Shown: in pieces, positions 37,201 to 44,400 of the stretch | Layout of the letters: every line of letters starts with the position of its first letter | How positions within the stretch are numbered: position 1 is the stretch's first letter | Assembly (NCBI GenBank): GCA_014728175.1 | Contig: WJMA01000015.1 | Location: 72,646 to 136,645, forward strand | Source of the DNA: Candidatus Fermentibacterota bacterium | GTDB lineage: Bacteria; Fermentibacterota; Fermentibacteria; Fermentibacterales; JCC-6 | Reading direction: 5' to 3' | DNA: 64,000 bases | Notes under the pieces: model-generated | What the model was told of the DNA's origin: nothing | The model's database searches: none | Seen by the model: only the letters and a program-made list of their open reading frames with translations | Position numbers and translations under genes: made by a program

Positions 37201-37823
37201 AGGCCGCGGTCCCGGGCGGCGAGAACGGCCTCGTCGTCTATCATCTGCCGCAGCACATCCTCCTCCACCAGCTCTATTTTCTGGATCTCGTGGCTGCTGC
37301 GAAAGCCGTCGAAGAAGTGCACGAAGGGCAGCCTGGTCTTGACGGCGGAGGCGTGGGCGATCACGGCCATGTCCATTACCTCCTGAATGGAGCTGCTGGG
37401 CAGCAGCGCGAAGCCGGTGTTCCTTACCGCCATCACGTCACTGTGGTCGCCGAAGATGGAGAGCGCCTGGCAGGCCAGGCTTCGGGCCGATACGTGGAAC
37501 ACGCCGGGGGTGAGCTCGGCCGCTATCTTGTACATCGATGGTATCATCAGCATAAGGCCCTGCGATGCGGTGAAGGTGGTGGTCAGGGCGCCGGTCTGAA
37601 GAGCTCCGTGGACCGACGCTGAGGCTCCGCCCTCGCTCTGCATCTCCTGCACCAATGGTATAGTGCCCCAGATGTTGGTCTTGCCCTCCGAGGACCACTG
37701 GTCTGCATGCTCGCCCATGGGGCTGGATGGCGTTATGGGATAGATGGCGATTACCTCGCTCAGCTTGTGGGCCATGCGGGCCGCCGCTTCGTTTCCGTCG
37801 ATGGTTATCATCTTCTTGGCCAT
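34284..37823 (-). CDS. nifJ: Pyruvate:ferredoxin (flavodoxin) oxidoreductase, single-chain
   Basis: IYPITPSS, EMQSEGGA, GLGSDGTVGANK, two ferredoxin motifs, FSGACAGCGET, GGDGWAYDIG. Confidence 0.97.
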   Translation of the reverse strand: MAKKMITIDGNEAAARMAHKLSEVIAIYPITPSSPMGEHADQWSSEGKTNIWGTIPLVQEMQSEGGASASVHGALQTGALTTTFTASQGLMLMIPSMYKIAAELTPGVFHVSARSLACQALSIFGDHSDVMAVRNTGFALLPSSSIQEVMDMAVIAHASAVKTRLPFVHFFDGFRSSHEIQKIELVEEDVLRQMIDDEAVLAARDRGLNPNCPVVRGTSQNPDVYFQGRETVNPYYVAAPEIVQERMDLFGELTGRKYHLFDYVGHPEPERVIVQMASGAEVAHTTVETLAEQGEKVGLVKVRLYRPFDMEAFSQAFPENVAVVAALDRTKEVGSPGEPLYLDTVDAFVETGRDIKVVGGRYGLSSKEYTPGMVKGVLDNMAREVPKKHFTVGIEEDVTNTSLPYDRDFCLENPGIHQAVFFGLGSDGTVGANKNSIKIIGEETDNYAQGYFQYDSKKAGAVTVSHLRFGPDPIKLTCLVSDADFIGVHQNIFMEKYNILQSYAKEGSTFLLNTPYGPDDAYDSLPREAQQVMVDKNIDFYVIDAYAVAKEAEMGVRINTIMQTCFFAISGILPKDEAIEKIKGAIRKTYGSKGEDVVQKNFNAVDMALANLHKVEYPKEITSDFSMPSTVPDEAPEFVKKLTAKIIRREGDDVPVSDMPADGSFPLGTTKWEKRNVAQEIPVWDPEVCIQCGICALVCPHAAIRMKIYDPECLEDAPESFQSIDAKGPQFEGMKFSVQVAPEDCTGCRTCFHSCPAKNKEEEGKKAINMEYQPPLRERERENFEFFLTLPDYDRTDLKPSRVKDSQLMKPLFEFSGACAGCGETPYVKLVSQLFGDRAVIANATGCSSIYGGNLPTTPYCTNAEGRGPAWNNSLFEDAAEFGYGFRLTADKHTEYAVELLHKLADQVGKDLVDALLSNSQNTEAEVAEQRKNVARLMKKLKGIDQPEARHLESVADYFVKRSVWIFGGDGWAYDIGYGGLDHVLAQGRDVNALVLDTEVYSNTGGQCSKATPLGAVAKFAASGKPAPKKDLAMLAMTYGNIYVARVAIGANFNQAVKAFVEAESYPGASLVIAYSHCIAHGIDMTRGHDEQKRAVKSGYWPLIRFDPRRIEQGENPLQLDSKAPSIPFEEYAYKENRFKTLTLSKPERAKELLARAQEEVSRRFKLYQQMAEMDWTVD

Positions 37824-37899
37824 GTGTTTCGCTCCGTCTCCTTCTCGATGTGCGATCTACGGTCGCGAAAGGCCCGGCCGGTCTTTCGGAGACCTGTCT

Positions 37900-39282
37900 T
37901 TACACCATTCTCCCCAGCGTTCTGGGGAAGGGGATCACGTCCCTAATGTTGTCGATACCTGTGAGGTACATCAGCAATCGCTCGAACCCCAGACCGAAGC
38001 CCGAGTGGGGTGCGGTTCCCCAGCGTCGGGTCTCAACGTACCAACGGTAGTCCTCTCGGTCAATTCCCATACTCTCGATTCGCTCCTGCAGGAGGTCCAG
38101 TCTTTCCTCGCGTTGGCTGCCGCCCACGATCTCCCCCACCTCGGGAAACAGAAGATCCGTGCAAGCGGCGGTTTTCCCATCGTCGTTCAACCTCATGTAG
38201 AACGGTTTGGCCTGGGCGGGGTAATCCGTAACGAATACCGGGCCGCCGTAGACCTCCCCGGCCAGGTAGCGCTCGTGCTCCGAGGAGAAACCGCCGCCCC
38301 ACCGGGGTCGGGTCTCGAAGCGGTTGGAGGCCTCCGTAAGCCTCTCCACGGCCTCGGTGTAACTTGCCCGGACGAAGGGCTCCTCGGTGAGCATCCTGTA
38401 CCTATCCCGGACGTCAGCGTCCACCCGCTCGTCCAGGAAGGCAATCTCGTCCCGGCAGCGATCCAGCATGTAAGAGGCAATAAAGCCAATGAACTGCTCG
38501 ATGAGCTCCATGCTGTCAGAAAGATCGTAGAAGGCCATCTCCGGCTCTATCATCCAGAACTCCGAGGCGTGCCACCGGGTGTCGGAGGGATCCGCCCTGA
38601 ACGTGGGCCCGAAGGTGTATACCTTTCCCAGGGCCAGGGCCAGGGGCTCGGTCTCCAGCTGGACGCTGACCGACAGGAAGGCCTTTCGCCGGAAGTAGTC
38701 CTGCTCGTAGTCCACCTCTCCGTCACGTTTCGGGACCGCATCTAGCGGCAGGGAGGTCACCTGGAAGGTCTCGCCGGCTCCCTCGGCGTCGCTGGCGGTT
38801 ATAAGGGGAGGATGAACGTAGAAGAATCCCCTCTCATCGAAGAACCTGTGTATGGCAATGCTCAGATGATGCCTCATCCTGAAGACCGCCCCGAAGATGC
38901 CCGAGCGAAGGCGAAGGTGGGGGATGGTCCTCAGGAACTCCATGGTGTGCTTCTTCTTCTGCAGCGGGTAATCTTCCGGAGCCGGCCCGATTATTTCCAA
39001 CTCCTCGGCATGGACCTCCCGAGGCTGCTCCCGCCCCGGGGATTCCACCACGGTTCCGCAGACCCGCACCGCGGCGCCGGTGGCCAATCCCTTGAGCGAG
39101 TCGTCGTCGAAGCTCTTTCTGTTCAGGACCACCTGCAGGTTCTCCTGGCAGGAGCCGTCGCTGATCGAGGCGAAGGCGACGTTCTTGCCCATCCTGGCCG
39201 TCCTCACCCATCCGTAGACGGTTACGTCGCTTCCGATCCCGCTTTCGTTGAGAACGTCGCGAATGTCGTCGTGGGGTATCAT
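37900..39282 (-). CDS. asnS: Asparagine--tRNA ligase
   Basis: OB-fold GWVRT, DAEGAGETF, FGPTFRAD, EFWMIEPE, GFGLGFER, NIRDVIPFPRT. Confidence 0.94.
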   Translation of the reverse strand: MIPHDDIRDVLNESGIGSDVTVYGWVRTARMGKNVAFASISDGSCQENLQVVLNRKSFDDDSLKGLATGAAVRVCGTVVESPGREQPREVHAEELEIIGPAPEDYPLQKKKHTMEFLRTIPHLRLRSGIFGAVFRMRHHLSIAIHRFFDERGFFYVHPPLITASDAEGAGETFQVTSLPLDAVPKRDGEVDYEQDYFRRKAFLSVSVQLETEPLALALGKVYTFGPTFRADPSDTRWHASEFWMIEPEMAFYDLSDSMELIEQFIGFIASYMLDRCRDEIAFLDERVDADVRDRYRMLTEEPFVRASYTEAVERLTEASNRFETRPRWGGGFSSEHERYLAGEVYGGPVFVTDYPAQAKPFYMRLNDDGKTAACTDLLFPEVGEIVGGSQREERLDLLQERIESMGIDREDYRWYVETRRWGTAPHSGFGLGFERLLMYLTGIDNIRDVIPFPRTLGRMV

Positions 39283-39337
39283 CACGAGCCTCCCGGCTTG
39301 GTATGGGTTGGAACCTATGAATCTAAGAAAAGCCGGC

Positions 39338-40318
39338 CTATCTGACCAGAGAACCGCCGGGGGTGAGATCGGACCGTAAGATGGCCCGCAGCTCCTCTAT
39401 GCTGTATCCCAGAAGCCGGCCCTGCCAGGTGTCCCTCTCTTCCAGGACGCTTCTTATCCTGCCCAGGGCCAGTTGCTTGTGAAGCGACCAGTCGGGGGCC
39501 AGAGTCATCTCCGGGGGGGCCTCTCCGGTCAGCCTCTCCACTATCACGTCCGGCTCCAGCCTCTCCAGGAACTCGGCCACCAGTGCGGCGTAGTGCTCCA
39601 GGCTGATCATCTCGAACAGGCCTTCCCGGTAATGCCTGGCCAGGGGGGTGCCCTCCACTACGTGCAGATTGTGGATCTTCACCCCGTCGGTGCGGGTCTT
39701 GTTCAAAAGCTCGGCCGTGGCCCAGACGTCGTCCTCGCTTTCCCCTGGGTATCCCAGTATCACGTGCGCCGACGTCAGGACCGGAAGCTCTCCCAGCGTC
39801 TTGAGCGCTTCCTCCGCCTCCGCCGCGGTGTGCCCGCGGTTCATGCTGCGCAGGATTCCGTCGCTGGCGCTCTGCACGCCCACCTCCACCCACAGCATCG
39901 TTTTCTGCCCAAGCCGCCCGAACAGCGAAAGGATCTCCGAAGGAAGGCAGTCCGGACGGGTGCACAGCGCCAACCCCACCACTCCCGGATACTCCAATGC
40001 CTCCTCACATATCTTCTCCAACTCGTCCACCCGCCCGTGCGTGGTGGTCTGATCCTGCAGGTAGGCTATGTACCGGTGGGCCTTGAAGCGCTCCGACACG
40101 TACTCGGTGCCCTTCCGCAGCTGCTCGGTGACCGAGTCGCTGCTGTCGTAGCTTTTGGGCAGGCTGCTGCGGGGGTTGCAGAAGACGCAGCCGGCGGTGT
40201 CGATCGAGCCGTCGCGGTTGGGGCAACCGAAGCCGCCGCATACGCCGACCTTGTGTACGCGGTGGCCGAACCGCTTTCTCAAGAAGCCGTTGAGGTTGCG
40301 GTAGCGGGCAACCTCCAT
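39338..40318 (-). CDS. TIGR01212 (YhcC-like) radical SAM protein
   Basis: GFGCPNRDG...GCVFC, TRPDCL, VKIHNLHVVEGT. Confidence 0.88.
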   Translation of the reverse strand: MEVARYRNLNGFLRKRFGHRVHKVGVCGGFGCPNRDGSIDTAGCVFCNPRSSLPKSYDSSDSVTEQLRKGTEYVSERFKAHRYIAYLQDQTTTHGRVDELEKICEEALEYPGVVGLALCTRPDCLPSEILSLFGRLGQKTMLWVEVGVQSASDGILRSMNRGHTAAEAEEALKTLGELPVLTSAHVILGYPGESEDDVWATAELLNKTRTDGVKIHNLHVVEGTPLARHYREGLFEMISLEHYAALVAEFLERLEPDVIVERLTGEAPPEMTLAPDWSLHKQLALGRIRSVLEERDTWQGRLLGYSIEELRAILRSDLTPGGSLVR

Positions 40319-40359
40319 TAGAATCCCCTTCCACCATCGTTTACGGAGGTGATCGCGCG

Positions 40360-41157
40360 GTGTCAGGTCAGGGATATCCCGAAGCAACCTCCGTCTTCCT
40401 AGATCATTATGCCATTCGGCCGTCTCGGCCAGGGATGGACCAGCTGGACCTGTTGGGACATGAGTTTTCCCGCATTCCCTGGGAGAACCTTACCAAGTAC
40501 CTGCGCAAGCTGGAGGTCCCTCCCGGCAGGGAGCGCATGAGGGGGCCGCTGGAGGTTTTCGAGGACCATGCACGGCTGGGAACCGGCGGGACGTGCTTCT
40601 CGCTCACCGAGGCCCTGGGTAGCACCCTGAGGGACCTCGGCTTCCGCTGCCGGGTGGCCATGGCCGACATGAGCCACGGCCGCGACATCCACTGCGTTCT
40701 TCTGGTAAGAATGGAGGAAGGGCTGTTCGTGATAGATCCCGGTTACCTGGTTCCCGTACCTGTGGAGCTGCGGCGGGACCGTCGTACAGGCGCCAACGCC
40801 TTCGGAAGGCGCTACGAGTACGATCCGGTCGAGGGGGGATGGAACATGTACACCACCGAGGCCGGTGTCAGGACCTGGCGCTACCTCCTCAAGTCCCGGC
40901 CGGTGGACGGCGCCGAGTTCGAGAGGCATTGGCTCCGCAGCTTCGAGGCCACTTCTATGAACGGACTGCACATAAACCGTCTGGATTCCCGGGGAAGGTC
41001 CTACGTGCACAACCACAAGATGCGGCTGGTGGACGTCTCCGGAAGGTCGTCCAACCACAACCTCAGGGAAGGGTACCCAGTTAGGGTGAGCGCGATGTTC
41101 GGCATAGACGAGGAGGTCGCCTCCAGGGCCTGGGACCGCCTGCAGGAGAGCGTCTGA
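40360..41157 (+). CDS. Arylamine N-acetyltransferase-like protein
   Basis: IPWENL, GGTCF (Cys), HCVLLV (His), IDPG (Asp) catalytic triad. Confidence 0.78.
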   Translation: MSGQGYPEATSVFLDHYAIRPSRPGMDQLDLLGHEFSRIPWENLTKYLRKLEVPPGRERMRGPLEVFEDHARLGTGGTCFSLTEALGSTLRDLGFRCRVAMADMSHGRDIHCVLLVRMEEGLFVIDPGYLVPVPVELRRDRRTGANAFGRRYEYDPVEGGWNMYTTEAGVRTWRYLLKSRPVDGAEFERHWLRSFEATSMNGLHINRLDSRGRSYVHNHKMRLVDVSGRSSNHNLREGYPVRVSAMFGIDEEVASRAWDRLQESV

Positions 41158-41690
41158 TGGCCCGCCCGGGAATAGTGGAGCCGGCGATGGTTCTGGTGAG
41201 CATGATACACCGATCGGACGAGGCCCTGAAACGGGCGGCGGCCGAGTTGGAAGAGATCTTCGGCAGCCCAGAGCTGCGAAGCGAACCCTACCGCTTCGAC
41301 ATGTCGCCCTACTACGAGGACGAGATGGGAACCGGCCTGCAGCGGCTCTGGCTGGCCTTCGGCCGCCTGGTGGACCCGGCCCGTCTCCCCGATTGGAAGC
41401 TCTCCTGCCACCGGCTGGAGGAGCGGCTGTCGACCGACGGCAAAAGAACCGTGAACCTGGATCCCGGCTACATGGACCTGGGCAAGCTGGTTCTGGCGTC
41501 GTTCAAGCCGGCGCCGGAGAAGATCTACATGGGCGACGGGGTCTGGGCCCACACCTGCCTGCTCTACGGTCATGGCCGCTTCACCGCGCCCGAGCACAGC
41601 TTCCCGGACTTCGCCGACGGAAGGTTCGACGGATTCCTGACCGAAGTACGAAGGGTTTATCGAAGGCTGCTGGCCGAAGAAAAGGGCTAG
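41157..41690 (+). CDS. DUF4416 family protein
   Basis: YYEDEMG, RTVNLDPGY, LVLASFK, FPDF. Confidence 0.78.
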   Translation: MARPGIVEPAMVLVSMIHRSDEALKRAAAELEEIFGSPELRSEPYRFDMSPYYEDEMGTGLQRLWLAFGRLVDPARLPDWKLSCHRLEERLSTDGKRTVNLDPGYMDLGKLVLASFKPAPEKIYMGDGVWAHTCLLYGHGRFTAPEHSFPDFADGRFDGFLTEVRRVYRRLLAEEKG

Positions 41691-41694
41691 CTCC

Positions 41695-42050
41695 TCCCGA
41701 GACTTATACATTGATCGACGCCGACGATCCCCAGAGCCGAGAGACCCTCTCTGAGTACATCTCACGGGCTCCCTTCTCACTGGAAAGGATGACCTTCGCG
41801 AAAGGCTCGGATACGGTGCTTTTCAGGGGTGAGCATTTTCATCTAGGGCTTGGCCGGAACTTCGAGGTCACAGACCCCCTGGAATGGATAGCCCGGATCA
41901 CCTCGCACATTCCGCGGAAGGGAGCAAAGCAGGTCATCTACTACGGAGCGTACAGCCAGGCCTCCCCCACAGCCACCCGAGCTGGTCTGCGAGCCGGACG
42001 CCGACTACGTTCCCTGGCAGGATGATGTCCCGGAGATAGAGATTGGATGA
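41695..42050 (+). mobile_element. IS91/ISCR-family (Y2) transposase remnant, 5'-truncated with internal deletion
   Basis: YISRAPFSLERM...DPLEWIARITSHIPRKGAKQVIYYGAYS resembles the Y2 transposase C-terminus; frame shifts to ELVCEPDADYVPWQDDVPEIEIG*. Confidence 0.75.
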
Positions 42051-42226
42051 TGAATATCCATGGCCGGGCTGCATGCTTCTGTGGAAGACGGTTCGTCCGA
42101 AACGGAACTGTCTGGTTTGTTGACCGGTTAGGCCCGATTGGATATCCTCATCTGGGCTGAGAATGCCTCCAGACAGCGCAGAGGAAGCTGGAGATGCTGG
42201 ATCGATCGAGCACCTGAAATCTATTT
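41978..42226 (+). repeat. IS91-like 3'-end unit, copy 1
   Basis: Imperfect direct repeat of 43771-44027; colinear over 187 bp (41978-42164 vs 43771-43957) and weakly similar beyond. Confidence 0.85.
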
Positions 42227-42229
42227 TGA

Positions 42230-42611
42230 CAGCGGTCGTAATCCTTACCCATTCATTGGATATAACCTCGGTGGCATGACTTCAGTCCGCGAACTTGCAG
42301 TGATGCTGGAGAAGTGCGAGTTTCTGCTAACCACCGATAACGGTATTGCACACCTCGCAGCAGCAGTTGGCACACCGATTGTCGGGGTCTTCGGACCGGT
42401 TCTGCCGCAGTTTCGTTTGAACGATGAAAGATATGTGGGAGTGACTGCAGCAGCTGATAGTTCTTGCGTAGGCTGCTGTCACAAATCAGACTGGAATAGC
42501 GTTCCTCCAAGAGAATGTCCTATTGGTTCACACGAATGTATGCGGAAGATCACCCCCAGTGCCATAATTGCTGCATGTGAAGGGCTAATTAGAGAAAAGA
42601 AGAATTCGTGA
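42230..42611 (+). pseudogene. 5'-truncated GT9 (heptosyltransferase-like) fragment
   Basis: LLTTDNGIAHLAAAVGTPIVGVFGP...C..C...CP...CMRKI GT9 C-terminus; N-terminal half replaced by the repeat. Confidence 0.75.
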
Positions 42612-42618
42612 AGGTAGG

Positions 42619-43365
42619 ATGAAAGACACAACAGATTTCTATGAAGAGTATTGGAGACAAAGGGAACGTGAAGGAAGACTCCACATATTGGATGGTATGT
42701 GGACCCATGATAGGATTACCATCGCTGTCCGAATGATTCAGCAAACACTGCCAGAAACACGGGACATAAGCGTGTTAGACATCGGCTGCGGCGAAGGTGC
42801 TTTGGGGGAAGTGCTTAAGGCAAGTTGGGGAAATAAGTTGGAGCTGGTAGGTGTAGACATTTCCAGCACCGCGCTGAGACATGCGCGCAACCACTACGAT
42901 GACACAATATGCGTGAACGTAGAGTCACAAGAACTCTCACATATCTTCAAGAACAGGCATTTTGAGTATGTCGTTTGCCTGGAAACCCTGGAGCACCTCT
43001 TTGAGCCCGCCAAGCTGCTTCAGCAATTCGCTGTGTTGCTGAAGCCGGAGGGTTATCTGATTGCATCTTTCCCCAACATCGCCTGGTGGAGGTATAGGCT
43101 TGATCTGCTGCAAGGGAAGTTCCCACAGGGATACGTTCTGTCCCATCCAAACGAACATATTCAGAACTTCACCCTGGGGTCATTCTACGAACTTCTGAAA
43201 GGAAATGGGTTTGAACCGGTTATGCTAAACGGCAAGTTTGCCCTGCCGTGGATTTTCAGGCCGCAGAGGTTCTTTGTGCAAATTCTCAGACGATTTCCGA
43301 GTCTTTTCGGTTATCAGCTTGTCGTGTTGGCGAAAGCCAGCCAGAACATCGAGGGTAATCCGTGA
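42619..43365 (+). CDS. Class I SAM-dependent methyltransferase
   Basis: VLDIGCGEG, GVDIS, ETLEHL, LKPEG..IASFPN; AT-richer than flanking core genes. Confidence 0.85.
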   Translation: MKDTTDFYEEYWRQREREGRLHILDGMWTHDRITIAVRMIQQTLPETRDISVLDIGCGEGALGEVLKASWGNKLELVGVDISSTALRHARNHYDDTICVNVESQELSHIFKNRHFEYVVCLETLEHLFEPAKLLQQFAVLLKPEGYLIASFPNIAWWRYRLDLLQGKFPQGYVLSHPNEHIQNFTLGSFYELLKGNGFEPVMLNGKFALPWIFRPQRFFVQILRRFPSLFGYQLVVLAKASQNIEGNP

Positions 43366-43770
43366 GAATCGCATTCATTGTCAGTAGTTTTCCCGCCATC
43401 TCTGAGACTTTCATTCTCAACCAGATCACCTGTCTAGTGGATATGGGTCACGAAGTGGACATCTTTGCGGCAGCGAAAGGAGACAACCCCAAGGTTCATT
43501 CAGATGTTGAGAAGTACGACCTTCTGTCACGGACATCGTATTACGGGTTGCTAGGCAACAAGATGTGGCGAGTTTTGAAGACAGTCTGGCTCCTTATCTC
43601 GAAAGGGAAACCATATCCCTTGGTCATAATCAGGTCATTGGACTTCTTTAAGTATGGGAAAAGATCACTAAGTCTCAGGTTGTTCTATAAAGCAATACCG
43701 TTCTTGGGCAAAGAACCGTATGACATAGTCCACTGTCATTTTGGACCCAATGGCAACGTCGGCGCACTAT
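43362..43770 (+). pseudogene. 3'-truncated GT4 glycosyltransferase (WcaL-like N-terminus)
   Basis: FPAISETFILNQI...DIVHCHFGPNG, broken at 43771 by the second repeat copy. Confidence 0.78.
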
Positions 43771-44027
43771 CGAGCTGGTCTGCGAGCCCGATGCCGATTA
43801 CGTTCCCTGGCAGGATGACGTTCCGGAGATAGAACTCGGAAAATGAATCTCCATGGCGGGGCTGCATGCTTCTGTGGAAGACGGTTCACCTGAAACGGGA
43901 CTGTCTGGTTCATTGACGGGTTAAGGCCGCTTGGGCATCCTCATCTGGGCTGAGAATACCACTCCAAAGAGTGCAGATAGGACCGGAGAAGCCGGTCCGG
44001 ATAAAGCCGGAAATCCAGTTTCCTATT
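43771..44027 (+). repeat. IS91-like 3'-end unit, copy 2, ending in an oriIS-like TTCCTAT
   Basis: Encodes ELVCEPDADYVPWQDDVPEIELGK*; ends AAATCCAGTTTCCTATT, resembling the IS91/ISCR oriIS ...TTCCTAT. Confidence 0.8.
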
Positions 44028-44251
44028 GGCCAGTGGATGTCGGTGGGGCCGGGCCCGTACTCGCTTCTCACAACGATGTTCTTGCCCCTGAAGCTGATCG
44101 GCCCCCCGTAGCTGCCGGGGCCGACGAGAACGGTGTCGCCGTCCTCTACCGCTGCGATGGCCTCCTGGATGGTGGGGTAGTCACCGGGAACGTGAAGGGT
44201 TGCCGCAAGGCAAATCGAAGCGATGGACAGCATGAGGGCGACCCGGATCAT
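44028..44251 (-). pseudogene. Truncated secreted pectin-lyase-like/beta-helix protein (N-terminus only)
   Basis: Signal peptide plus ATLHVPGDYPTIQEAIAA..DGDTVLVGPG.Y motif; reading frame runs into repeat copy 2. Confidence 0.7.
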
Positions 44252-44400
44252 GGCATGCGCACCTCTCTTTGTTCCGTGTAGTCAAGCTACGCACCCCGGG
44301 CCGAAGGGTCAAGCTGTGAGGGCATTTGCCGAAGTCGGATGATAAGCATACATTGGTGTCGTGTGTTAGACCGATGAAGGAAGCAGGAAGGGGCAATACC

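Noticed and set aside
35565-37622. 685-aa plus-strand ORF antisense to PFOR, and similar long antisense ORFs (1799-3106, 9830-10972, 56370-57875, 62708-63850)
   Set aside because: Shadow ORFs expected opposite GC-rich genes with strong codon bias; no recognisable motifs.
42138-42229. Apparent N-termini MDILIWAEN.. and MGILIWAEN.. (ORFs at 42138 and 43931)
   Set aside because: Both are read from the non-coding part of the repeated IS91-like end, so they are not a real protein family.
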